In this document: positions 19,585 to 28,985 of the stretch, one piece after another | How positions within the stretch are numbered: position 1 is the stretch's first letter | Layout of the letters: each line of letters begins with the position of its first letter | Made by a program: the position numbers and the translations under genes | Notes under the pieces: model-generated | Database searches by the model: none | What the model was told of the DNA's origin: nothing | Seen by the model: the letters and a program-made list of their open reading frames with translations, nothing else | NCBI GenBank assembly: GCA_026129095.1 | Contig: JAHCIT010000007.1 | Location: 186,001-219,939 of the forward strand | Direction of reading: 5' to 3' | DNA: 33,939 bases | Origin: Deltaproteobacteria bacterium | GTDB lineage: Bacteria; JAGRBM01; JAHCIT01

Positions 19585-21444
19585 CTAGAATTCTTTCCCA
19601 AGTTTACGGCCTTCGATCTTTACGGCCTCCATACGTTTCGCAAGGTCAACTTGAAGCGGTTCGAGTCTACGTGTCATGTCCTCAACAAGACGTGTCACCA
19701 GTTGGGATAAAGCGTCCAAAGCCTTGAATCTGGCTTCGCTAATACGAGCCCGTCCCTCGTCGATGAGTTGCCGAAGTTCTGACTCGCGTCTGATCCGTTC
19801 GGTGTGGTGCTCTTTCACTGACAATAAATATTGATCGCGCCACACCCCGAAAGACGCAAAGAGAGAAACTATGTCAGAACGAAACACCTGCCGTTTTGCG
19901 CGCAATAGATCGGTTAACGACATAAGTTTTTTCAATCGTTCGCGGCAAAGCGATATCGCTTTCCAGAATACTAGGATCCGTCGATCTGGCCAAAAGATTC
20001 TCCGCAGAATCGAGGTCCGCGTCAATTGCGCCGCGATCTCCTTTTGATGCTGAATAATTTCGTTTCGTCCGGCCGCAAGTAAACCGATTATCACTGAGTC
20101 ATCAGGACATTCGCAGGTGTGCAGCCATCTCTGCAGATCCAATACGACTTGCCCAATTGCACTATTGTGTTGGTTTACTAATTTTGTAAGGTCCGACTGA
20201 TATCTCGCTTTTTCTGCATCAAACGTAGACTGCATTTCGTTGTTTAAACGCTTCGCCGTCTCGCCAAAACCAGCTCGTGCCTTCTCGTACTCTTCTAGTG
20301 ACGCCCGTAACGGTCGTTCTTTCAGATTTTCAGACAAAAGTCGGCCACCGATTGCGCCAAAGATTCCACCAAGAACTCCGCCAATTGCCGTCCCCACACC
20401 AGGAGCGATAAATGTTCCTATAGCAGCCCCAATTTTCCCACCTGCGGTGCCCCCAATCGCAACTCCACCAATATCAAATCCCGCATTCCCAACTGCCGTA
20501 ACTAAGTCTGTGTGGCCTTTATCTAATAGATTAAATTCCCGCCACCCGGAAAATACGGCCGTTATCCACGGAAAGTGTAAGTCGACTATGTCTGGTGAGC
20601 CCAATGCGGCGTGAGTTGCATTTGCCGCATGCTCCGTAACAGCCGCACCGGTTAGGCTATGATCAACGATAACAAGATGATCTTTACCCGAGCTTAAATA
20701 GTGAAGCAGATCATTAGCTGAAGCATGTGCATCTAGATGGAACGCACTGGCCGGCACATGCACCGCGTCTGATGGAATGACAACAGGAATATCCGGAAAA
20801 CGGGCAAAATGTCCGGCGAGCTGGTGGGCATCGGCCACAAGTTTTACGTTTACCTCATGACCGTGGAGTATCAGGTCCCAACCTGTCTGGTTAGAGGATT
20901 CGGGCCATCCAACATTTAGCCCCGCATGAACCAAATGATTAGCGACCACGACCTCGGCGAGATGGCCCTTCAGTTTATTCAGTCCTGCGTCACTTAATCC
21001 TGTCCATAATGAATGTTCATACCCCTGAATCTGTTGGCTCAAATCACCGAAAGTTCTCAGCTGAGTTCCCGACAATCTTTGCATAGCTTCGTAATATGCA
21101 CCATCAACTGTCGAAAGTTCGTGAAGCACATCTGCCGTCCGGATGACAGCTGCTTCGATACCGGCGGTGATAAGTCCGGCCCTTAATTGATCGCCAGCAT
21201 CGCGGGTATTCGAGGACATTTGGCCGATTTGCACTTCGAGTTCTGGGACTTCTTCGCAACAATCCTGAGTTGATACCCGCATCCGGAGATCGAGCGCTAC
21301 TGGATCGTATGGGTCTGGCAACAATTCATCGGCTAGTTTTTTAATCTCTGCCCCATGGCGTTTCGCTAGCCATTTATGACGACTGAATGATGCCGCAACG
21401 GCCATGAAACCTAATACAATCGCGATTTGTACGGCGATACTCAT
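19585..21444 (-). CDS. hypothetical membrane protein: N-terminal TM, nuclease-like motif, glycine zipper, coiled coil
   Basis: Hydrophobic N-terminus; KGHLAE...NQTGWDL...VNVK; GGVAIGGTAGGKIGAAIGT..GGVLGGIFGAIGG; helical C-terminus. Confidence 0.7.
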   Translation of the reverse strand: MSIAVQIAIVLGFMAVAASFSRHKWLAKRHGAEIKKLADELLPDPYDPVALDLRMRVSTQDCCEEVPELEVQIGQMSSNTRDAGDQLRAGLITAGIEAAVIRTADVLHELSTVDGAYYEAMQRLSGTQLRTFGDLSQQIQGYEHSLWTGLSDAGLNKLKGHLAEVVVANHLVHAGLNVGWPESSNQTGWDLILHGHEVNVKLVADAHQLAGHFARFPDIPVVIPSDAVHVPASAFHLDAHASANDLLHYLSSGKDHLVIVDHSLTGAAVTEHAANATHAALGSPDIVDLHFPWITAVFSGWREFNLLDKGHTDLVTAVGNAGFDIGGVAIGGTAGGKIGAAIGTFIAPGVGTAIGGVLGGIFGAIGGRLLSENLKERPLRASLEEYEKARAGFGETAKRLNNEMQSTFDAEKARYQSDLTKLVNQHNSAIGQVVLDLQRWLHTCECPDDSVIIGLLAAGRNEIIQHQKEIAAQLTRTSILRRIFWPDRRILVFWKAISLCRERLKKLMSLTDLLRAKRQVFRSDIVSLFASFGVWRDQYLLSVKEHHTERIRRESELRQLIDEGRARISEARFKALDALSQLVTRLVEDMTRRLEPLQVDLAKRMEAVKIEGRKLGKEF

Positions 21445-21688
21445 CTAAGGATTACACCCGTATTCTTGATAAGCGATCGAATAAGTATTCGACTGATAAG
21501 CAATACATTGCCCATTATTACGATGGCGATGATTGAAATTCTAATCGAGCCGACCAACGCGTGTTCATTTGAGTCATCTCACATCCTGGGCGCAGCGGAA
21601 ACCATTGCCATTGCTTCGGGACAAAGGAAGATAATGGCCTCGGTGAGTTCCTCTGAAGCTTCTCGGATCGTCAATCATCCACGCGCCC

Positions 21689-24600
21689 TCACGCCGCCCA
21701 CTTCTCGGCGAACAATTCCGCCTGGCTGAGGACCGTCTGGATCGCCTTTTCCTGTTTGTCGGGTGGATAGCCGTAGCGTTTCAGGATCACCTTCACGAGG
21801 CTGCGTAGTTTCGCGCGGACGCTTTCCTTGACGGTCCAGTCGATAGTGGCGTTTTTGCGGACCTTTTCGACCAGCTCGCGGGCAATATTCCGTAACGTGT
21901 CGTCGCCCAGCACCTTTACGGCGCTGTCGTTCACTTCCAGAGCGTCGTAGAAGGCCAGTTCGTCATCGGAGAGACCAAGTTTGTCACCCCGGTCCTGCGC
22001 CTTCCGCATCTCCTTGGCGAGTTCAATCAACTCCTCGATCACCTTGGCGGTCTCGATGGCCCGGTTCTGGTAGCTTTTGACCGACTTCTCCAGCATCTCG
22101 GAGAAACTCTTGGACTGGACGAGATTGCGTTTCGACCGCTGCCTGATCTCGTCGTTCAGGAGCTTCTTGAGCGTCTCTAGTGCCAGATTCCGGTGCGGCA
22201 TCCCCCGGATTTCCGCCAGGAACTCGTCGGAGAGAATCGAGATATCCGGTTTCTTGAGGCCGGCTGCCGCGAAAATATCGATCACGCCGGTCGGCGCCAC
22301 GGCACTGGATACCAATTGACGGATGGCGTGTTCGATATCCTCCGGGTCGCGGGTGGAGGCGGTCCCGGTCTTCGCCAGTGCGCCCTGAACCATCTGGAGG
22401 AACGCCACCTCGTCCCGGATAGCGAGCGCGTCCTCATGGGGGGCGGCCAGCGCGAACGCCTTCGAAAGGTCCGCCACCGCTTTCAGGAACCGGGAGCGGC
22501 CGTCCTCAAGACCGATCACGAAATCGAGCACCATCGGGAGCAGCGCAAGCTGTTCCCTCGGTTTCCCGATCACCTGCCGGTATTCAAACCCATGAAGCAG
22601 GTGCTGGCAGATCTCGAACTTCTCCTTGAGGACGGCGACCGCCTCCGCCTGATCGACTGCCGTGCTGCCCTGTCCGCCGCTCTCCGTATAGGTGGCGAGC
22701 GCATATTTCAGCTGGTCGGCGAGCCCGAGGTAGTCCACCACGAGACCGCCCGGCTTGTCCTTGAACACCCGGTTCACCCGCGCGATCGCCTGCATCAGAC
22801 CGTGACCGCGCATCGGCTTGTCCACGTACATCGTGTGCAGGCAGGGTGCGTCGAAACCGGTGAGCCACATATCCCGCACGATCACGATCTGGAACGGGTC
22901 GGCCGGGTTCTTGAACCGCTTGGCCAGATCCTCGCGCCGGGGCTTGTTGCGGATATGGACCTGCCAGTCGGGATTGTCGTCGGCGGAGCCGGTCATCACG
23001 ACCTTGATCCGCCCCTTGTCGTCCGAGTCGTCGTGCCAGCCGGGGCGAAGCGCCGTGATCGCCTTGTAGAGGTCCACGCAGATCCGGCGGCTCATGCAGA
23101 CGACCATCGCCTTGCCGGACATGGCCGAAGTGCGGTTCTCGAAATGCTTCACCAGGTCTTCCGCGATCAGTTTGATCCGCTTCTCGGAACCGACCAGTGC
23201 TTCGAGCGCCGCCCACTTGCTCTTGAGCTTTTCCTTGCGGGAGGTCTCTTCGTCCTCGGTAATTTCGTCGAACTCGGCGTCCACCCGAGGCTTCTCGCTG
23301 TCTTTAAGTTCGAGCTTGGCGAGTCGGCTCTCGTAGTAGATCGGCACCGTCGCGCCGTCCAAAACTGCCCGCTGGATGTCGTAAACGCTGATGTAGTCGC
23401 CGAACACGCTGCGCGTGTTCTTGTCCGACAGCTCGATCGGCGTCCCGGTGAAGCCGATGAACGAGGCGTTCGGGAGCGCGTCCCGCATATGCCGGGCGAA
23501 CCCGTCGATGAAGTCATACTGCGTCCGGTGCGCTTCGTCGGCGATCACCACGATATTGCGCCGGTCGGAGAGCATCGGGAACTTCTCGCCCTTCGCTTCG
23601 GGCATGAACTTCTGGATCGTCGTGAAGATCACCCCGCCGGACGCCCGCGTGAGCAGTTCCCTCAGGTCGCCACGGTCCTTCGCCTGCTGCGGTTTCTGGC
23701 GCAACAGCTCGCTGCACCGGCTGAAGACGCCGAAAAGCTGGTCGTCCAGGTCGTTGCGGTCGGTAATCACCACAAGCGTTGGGTTCTCCATCGCCGGATG
23801 CTGGATGACCCGTCCGGCATAGAACGTCATCGTGAGGCTCTTGCCCGACCCCTGGGTGTGCCAGACGACCCCGGCGCGGCGGTCCTTCTTCGTCGCCGTA
23901 ACCGTGGCCTCCACCGCCGTCCGGACCGCATGGAACTGGTGGTAGCCGGCGATCTTCTTGATCGTGGCTGCGTCCTCCTGCTCGAAGACGATGAAATAGT
24001 GCAGATAGTCGAGAAATCTCTCCTTCTCGAACAGCCCGCGAACAAGGACCTCCAGTTCGAGGAGCCCCTGCGGCATGTCGGTCTCGCCCCGGATCGTCCG
24101 CCAGGGGTTGAACCGCTCCTTGTCGGCCGTGAGCGATCCGACCCGCGCGTTCACGCCGTCCGACACCACCAGAAGCTCGTTCGGGCCGAAGAGCGACGTG
24201 ATCTGCTGCTTGTAGGTCTGGAGCTGGTTGAAGGCGGTCCAGATATTGGCCTCTTCGTCGCCGGGATTCTTCAGCTCCAGCACGGCGAGCGGCAGGCCGT
24301 TCACGAACACGACGATATCTGGCCGCCGGTTCATCCGGTTCTCGATCACCGTGAACTGGTTCACGGCGAGCCAGTCGTTCCGGTCCGGCCGGTCGAAATC
24401 GATCAGCGCGACCTTGTCGTGCCTGGTGCCGCCCCCGGACAGCAGGTATTCGACATCCACGCCTTCCACGAGCAGCTGGTGGAACGCCCGGTTTGTGCCG
24501 ACGAGCGACGGTGCGCCGATCCGCTGGATCTTCCGGAATGCCTCGTCCAGCGCGTCAGCGGGGATCTTGGGGTTCAGCCGCGCCAGCGCGTCCCGCACCC

Positions 24601-24742
24601 GGCCTTCAAGCAGGACTTCGGAAAACTCTTTACGCTCCGGTCTCGGCCCTTCCGGTTCGATGTTCGGACCGTATTCGACCGAATACCCCAGCCCTCGGAA
24701 CCACTCCAGGCATGCTTCTTCGAGGTGGGATTCGGTAACCAT
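21689..24742 (-). CDS. hsdR: type I restriction endonuclease subunit R
   Basis: [21 protein letters not shown], Walker [36 protein letters not shown]. Confidence 0.97.
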   Translation of the reverse strand: MVTESHLEEACLEWFRGLGYSVEYGPNIEPEGPRPERKEFSEVLLEGRVRDALARLNPKIPADALDEAFRKIQRIGAPSLVGTNRAFHQLLVEGVDVEYLLSGGGTRHDKVALIDFDRPDRNDWLAVNQFTVIENRMNRRPDIVVFVNGLPLAVLELKNPGDEEANIWTAFNQLQTYKQQITSLFGPNELLVVSDGVNARVGSLTADKERFNPWRTIRGETDMPQGLLELEVLVRGLFEKERFLDYLHYFIVFEQEDAATIKKIAGYHQFHAVRTAVEATVTATKKDRRAGVVWHTQGSGKSLTMTFYAGRVIQHPAMENPTLVVITDRNDLDDQLFGVFSRCSELLRQKPQQAKDRGDLRELLTRASGGVIFTTIQKFMPEAKGEKFPMLSDRRNIVVIADEAHRTQYDFIDGFARHMRDALPNASFIGFTGTPIELSDKNTRSVFGDYISVYDIQRAVLDGATVPIYYESRLAKLELKDSEKPRVDAEFDEITEDEETSRKEKLKSKWAALEALVGSEKRIKLIAEDLVKHFENRTSAMSGKAMVVCMSRRICVDLYKAITALRPGWHDDSDDKGRIKVVMTGSADDNPDWQVHIRNKPRREDLAKRFKNPADPFQIVIVRDMWLTGFDAPCLHTMYVDKPMRGHGLMQAIARVNRVFKDKPGGLVVDYLGLADQLKYALATYTESGGQGSTAVDQAEAVAVLKEKFEICQHLLHGFEYRQVIGKPREQLALLPMVLDFVIGLEDGRSRFLKAVADLSKAFALAAPHEDALAIRDEVAFLQMVQGALAKTGTASTRDPEDIEHAIRQLVSSAVAPTGVIDIFAAAGLKKPDISILSDEFLAEIRGMPHRNLALETLKKLLNDEIRQRSKRNLVQSKSFSEMLEKSVKSYQNRAIETAKVIEELIELAKEMRKAQDRGDKLGLSDDELAFYDALEVNDSAVKVLGDDTLRNIARELVEKVRKNATIDWTVKESVRAKLRSLVKVILKRYGYPPDKQEKAIQTVLSQAELFAEKWAA

Positions 24743-25665
24743 TACTTAGATTTGGGTGTGCTGGCTGCGTCCGCGCGAGTTTTTGCTGGAGTCTTCTTCA
24801 CTCGAACCTTCCTCCCGCCGCCACCAGTTACGACTATTGCTCTCCAGTCGTTAATCCCGCTTCGGTCTAATTCACTTTGAAATATATCTCGAGTGGTAAA
24901 TGCTTCCGTCTGATATATAAGCGAAATGAATCTCTTCCATTGACCAGGCTTATACCCATTTGCGTCCTCCAGAATTCCTGAAAACGCGACCTTCAGCTCC
25001 TCTTCTTTATCTACGAATTTGAGCTCGACGGCAACGTGTGAATCGAGCAATCCGAAATCCGGTTCAAATCCCTTGATTGGCCTCGATATCTTGGGACGAT
25101 CAACATAATCGACGTATTCCGTCGATAACCATGCTCTCGCGAGTTTATGTAATTCAGGCTCACTTTTAGGCTCAGCACCAAGTTTTTTTGTATAATGTCC
25201 TAAACTTTCAAGCCTTCTTGATAGTCCTCTAAAGGCTTCCTCCTCAACTGCATCCTCTTGTGTTTTGCCCTTCAATGCCGAAGCTCCACCAACTAACGCT
25301 ACTACAGCATAATAGTAAGTTACTAAAAGGTTGAGTTGATGACTGTGCAAACAGTCATAGTCGGGTACCGGCTCTATATCCTCAGGATTTCTGCCACCAT
25401 TACTTTCTTCCCATTTCGCTTTATTATCAGTTAATAGTGTATTAAATCCATATGCTTCCATCATCGCACATAATGATAAAAATACCTGTTGTAGATCACC
25501 GTAATATCTTTCGTAATCGAGGTCTTTCTCACTATCACCTAAATCATCGTCCCCATAATGAAAGAAATACGGGTCTAGCCGATTTAGCGATTTCTGAGCT
25601 TCATCTATAGTTTCTTTGACGCCAGCCAATGCGATTATTAACGCTTTACGGATATCTCCGTTCAT
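24742..25665 (-). CDS. PD-(D/E)XK nuclease-domain protein
   Basis: EPELHKL...[17 protein letters not shown]; lower GC; TAATG overlap with hsdR. Confidence 0.65.
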   Translation of the reverse strand: MNGDIRKALIIALAGVKETIDEAQKSLNRLDPYFFHYGDDDLGDSEKDLDYERYYGDLQQVFLSLCAMMEAYGFNTLLTDNKAKWEESNGGRNPEDIEPVPDYDCLHSHQLNLLVTYYYAVVALVGGASALKGKTQEDAVEEEAFRGLSRRLESLGHYTKKLGAEPKSEPELHKLARAWLSTEYVDYVDRPKISRPIKGFEPDFGLLDSHVAVELKFVDKEEELKVAFSGILEDANGYKPGQWKRFISLIYQTEAFTTRDIFQSELDRSGINDWRAIVVTGGGGRKVRVKKTPAKTRADAASTPKSK

Positions 25666-25699
25666 ACAGCACCCTAATTTTTCATATATTACAATGTCA

Positions 25700-26662
25700 C
25701 TAGGTCACGATCCTTGAATATGGATTTTTATCTATAATTGCGGATCTGATTTTTTCTCTCAGCACATTTTTGAAATCAGAACCCTTATTTAAGGCCAATA
25801 CAATTTCTTCAAGAGTACAAAGCACGATCACTTTTTGTTGAAGGGCATCCCGGCAAGTGCTGATTGCTGGTTCAGTAAAATCACTCGCAGATATAATTAA
25901 CGCTCTTCCTTCCGCACGATGATACACCCTTACCAAATGTTCGGATATTTGCGGCACGCCTAGTGGTGTATTCCACCACTTCATCTCGACAAAATAAACG
26001 TGTCCATCAAGATCAATTACGCCATCAATCTGCTCAACGACGCCTTCGCCCGATCCACCGACTACAGTGAAGGCGTCCCTTATGCCTATATCGAACGCTT
26101 TGAATAACGCATTTAGAGCTGGCTCAAGAGCTTTGCCCCGTTCTTGCGGATTACTTATCGCGAAGATTCGGAAGAGGTCGTTTTTTGAGGTCTCAATTGC
26201 TAGCGCTCGTCGGCGGATAGCTTCCTTCTTCACCTGTTCTTGATCGAGACGCAGTTTTCTCTCGCGTTCTCGTTCAATATCTATCCTCGTGAAGCTATCT
26301 TTGACGTTAACTAATTCACGTACCTCCGTGACCAGCCCACGAGCCTTGAGCCGATCTTCGTCCCAGCAGACCGAGAAGTTTTCGAACTCCACTACGCGCT
26401 TAAGAACCTCCCTACGCTCTCTTAGGCAAACTTCCCCCTTTTGGTTGAGGGCGGTCAGAATCTGACGGACAATATCGAATTTATTTATGCTTTTGGGCTC
26501 GCGCTCCCACTGTTGGAACGGACCAACAACGAGTGCGTCCGAAACACCAGCACCCTTGAAGAAGAGGAAAACGTCCTTTTTGGCTTTGTTTAAAAGCGGG
26601 ATCGTGCTGATAAGCAGATTCATCAGCTCTGGTGGATAGTGGAACGTTATGTCGACGCTCAC
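25700..26662 (-). CDS. Mrr-like restriction endonuclease
   Basis: QERGKALE, EQIDGVIDLDGHVYFVEMKW, ALIISASDFTEPA; helical N-terminal region. Confidence 0.8.
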   Translation of the reverse strand: MSVDITFHYPPELMNLLISTIPLLNKAKKDVFLFFKGAGVSDALVVGPFQQWEREPKSINKFDIVRQILTALNQKGEVCLRERREVLKRVVEFENFSVCWDEDRLKARGLVTEVRELVNVKDSFTRIDIERERERKLRLDQEQVKKEAIRRRALAIETSKNDLFRIFAISNPQERGKALEPALNALFKAFDIGIRDAFTVVGGSGEGVVEQIDGVIDLDGHVYFVEMKWWNTPLGVPQISEHLVRVYHRAEGRALIISASDFTEPAISTCRDALQQKVIVLCTLEEIVLALNKGSDFKNVLREKIRSAIIDKNPYSRIVT

Positions 26663-26751
26663 ACCCGCTCCCTATTTAGTCTCGCTATCTCATTCGGCCT
26701 ATCCCGGAACCACTCCAGGCACAGCTCTTCGAGATCGGATTCGGCGACCAC
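26659..26751 (-). repeat. hybrid hsdR-5'/hsdS-3' spacer repeat 1 (mini-ORF MVAESDLEELCLEWFRDRPNEIARLNRERV)
   Basis: 26705-26751 matches hsdR start 24696-24742 at 38/47 nt; ends in GGAGCGGGTGTGA versus hsdS end GGAGAAGGTGTGA. Confidence 0.85.
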
Positions 26752-26770
26752 TATTCAAATGCCTCTTAGC

Positions 26771-27817
26771 TCATTTACCTTGCTTCAATCGCTGGAGAAG
26801 ATTTGGCAGCCGATTCCTAACACTATAGGCAGTTTCAACGTTAGGGTTGTTTTTCGGAGCCGACTCCAAGCGAGATATCTGCTCCGAAGACAGCGTCTCT
26901 AATAACTCCAGAAAATCCATCGACGAATTTGCTTGGGTATAGGATGGAGACTTTTCAAAGCAATTGATCATGGAATCAATTAGCGCCTCACCAATCGCCT
27001 TTTGTTTAAGCATTACCGAAACAATTTTTCTCGATATATCAGCTGGCTTTTGGCCTTTCCCAGCCAATGCCTGATATTTGCTAACAAACCCAACAGGGTC
27101 TGCACCAGTTCTCACTGGTATGATCAGCACTCCACGGCCCAGAGCGAATCCAATTTCCTGATTCGTCCAGAAGCTACTTCCAAAACTTTCCGTGACCAGG
27201 AGAATCATCACATGCATTGTTTTCAATGCACGCTCAATTTCATCCTGCCAAGGCTTGGTGACTTCTATATCCTCATGCGCGACGAAACTCGAAATTCCGC
27301 ATGGCAATAACGCATCTTTAAACTGAGTGGCCTTCTCTTTGTGCTTCGCTTCGTGGCTGATAAATGCCCGTAGGTGCCCTGAAATCCATATTTTATTTAT
27401 GTCTTCGTCGGACACCGGAAGAGCGGAGGTTTCTTCAACAAGAACTCCCGAACGCTCTTTCCAGTTTTTAAATTCCGGCCCCGCCCGAAGCTCTAATTGC
27501 ACTTTTGCAACATGCTCATGCGGCGTGTTGTCAATTTTATTGAAGCCCTTTTCTAGCTCTTCTTCAATCGAAGCTTTTGAATCGAGAGTTTCGAAATATA
27601 TTTCTGAGGGAATAGCCATGCGCACAAGATGCCCGGATTGTCCCCCATCCCAGCCATCATAGTCGTATTCCTCTTCAACCGAGTGAGTGGAGTTTACCAG
27701 AATCTTTTGGAGCAGCATACGTCCCTTACGCCCATAATAGTCCGATAAGATCGCCTTGAGCGTTTCCAGCTTTCCTGGGAGCTGGAATTTCGGTCGTTCC
27801 TGCTCCTGTCCCCTCAC
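26771..27817 (-). CDS. TIR domain protein
   Basis: RAFISHE, SFVAHEDIE..PWQDEIERAL, SFWTNQEIGFALG (catalytic Glu), IIPV. Confidence 0.88.
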   Translation of the reverse strand: MRGQEQERPKFQLPGKLETLKAILSDYYGRKGRMLLQKILVNSTHSVEEEYDYDGWDGGQSGHLVRMAIPSEIYFETLDSKASIEEELEKGFNKIDNTPHEHVAKVQLELRAGPEFKNWKERSGVLVEETSALPVSDEDINKIWISGHLRAFISHEAKHKEKATQFKDALLPCGISSFVAHEDIEVTKPWQDEIERALKTMHVMILLVTESFGSSFWTNQEIGFALGRGVLIIPVRTGADPVGFVSKYQALAGKGQKPADISRKIVSVMLKQKAIGEALIDSMINCFEKSPSYTQANSSMDFLELLETLSSEQISRLESAPKNNPNVETAYSVRNRLPNLLQRLKQGK

Positions 27818-27915
27818 ACCCGCTCCTCTGCCAGATTCACTACATATCCCAACAGCTCACGGCACCACTCCACGCAAGTTTCTTCGTGGTGGGATTTGGT
27901 GACACTTCTCGTCAT
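27814..27915 (-). repeat. hybrid hsdR-5'/hsdS-3' spacer repeat 2 (mini-ORF MTRSVTKSHHEETCVEWCRELLGYVVNLAEERV)
   Basis: 27860-27906 matches hsdR start at 38/47 nt; 27814-27838 matches hsdS end 28982-29006 at 20/25 nt. Confidence 0.85.
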
Positions 27916-28985
27916 TGAGTGACCCTTAGCGGATGAAGCGCTGCCCAAATGCTCTCGGCACTCTCATTTTTAAGTGCGTCTTTAATTTTTTCTACGGCCT
28001 TAATCGAATACCGTTTAAATCCAGCGTTGCCAATTCTGATTTCCTTGTAGCAATCAGGCTGCTGGCGGATTCCTAAATGATCCACAACCGCAACAGCCTT
28101 CGGCACAGTCAACGACACCTTTTCGGCCAGCTGTTTTGCACCAAGACTGTAAAAATCGAGTTCATTGATGCGCTTCACGCCCACGACAGCCGCGTCGGGT
28201 GTCCCCTCTGGAACAAGCTGAATCGGAATGCCTTCCTTCTTAGACAACCGCAGGGATATCGCTGGACCTGTCGCATCCGAGCGAATTTCGACCGCCGCAA
28301 CACCTGGGAATAATTCTGCCCAACTTTTTCCCCTGAGCAATTCCTCTCCGATATGCCGCAATTCAGAGGAACTTGGCTGTCCCTTTTGTCCACGGATTGT
28401 CGCGTCAAGGATAACGAGGGGACGGAGGCGGGCTTCCGCTTCGATCTGGCGCCGCCGCTTGGGTCCGAGAAGTTTCTGGATTTCCTTCGCCTCTGTGTCG
28501 AACATCGAAGCTAGAGTAGTTGGTGGAGTCGTCGATATCGGAAGAACTCTGTTTGGCAGGTAATCCGTTAAGTTTTGATCAAATACATTTTTTAATAGAT
28601 CTCTAAATAGCGTCACCCCAGATTGTTCATGAAGGTATAGTTGGCCTTCTGAGATCTCCAAAAGGTGATGCTGCGCGGCGTCACGAAGACCATTGATAGT
28701 TTGCAGTGTTAGGGCTTGCTCATCTGTCAGAAACTTAATCCGTCCATCACTCAATCCTCGCCGCACACAAGCGTCAAAACCGATCGTTTCCTTGGCCCGT
28801 TTCTCGCGAATTCGCCCCCCTCGGTAGACGATCGCGGCCTTCAGCAGCATTTCGAACGCATGGTCAATCTGAATCAGCGTCGAACTTACCCGTCCGCGAT
28901 CGTGTGGTCGATTAAAGAGTTCGATGCTCAGCAAAAGAGAGTCGCAAGCCTTTTCAAGGAGTAGCTTGGCTTCTCGTTTCATCAC
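27912..28985 (-). CDS. DUF3644-like (HEPN) protein
   Basis: LLLSIELFNRP, AFEMLLKA, RxxxxH motif RDAAQH; start overlaps hsdS stop. Confidence 0.75.
   Translation of the reverse strand: MMKREAKLLLEKACDSLLLSIELFNRPHDRGRVSSTLIQIDHAFEMLLKAAIVYRGGRIREKRAKETIGFDACVRRGLSDGRIKFLTDEQALTLQTINGLRDAAQHHLLEISEGQLYLHEQSGVTLFRDLLKNVFDQNLTDYLPNRVLPISTTPPTTLASMFDTEAKEIQKLLGPKRRRQIEAEARLRPLVILDATIRGQKGQPSSSELRHIGEELLRGKSWAELFPGVAAVEIRSDATGPAISLRLSKKEGIPIQLVPEGTPDAAVVGVKRINELDFYSLGAKQLAEKVSLTVPKAVAVVDHLGIRQQPDCYKEIRIGNAGFKRYSIKAVEKIKDALKNESAESIWAALHPLRVTQ

Noticed and set aside
21445-21688. Possible small hydrophobic ORF between hsdR and the 619-aa gene
   Set aside because: The frame has an internal stop and no convincing start or RBS
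22193-24880. 895-aa plus-strand ORF
   Set aside because: Antisense shadow of GC-rich hsdR; no recognisable domain
26659-27915. Integron attC sites
   Set aside because: No GTTRRRY/RYYYAAC ends or attC hairpin, and no IntI; the repeats are explained by hsdR/hsdS homology
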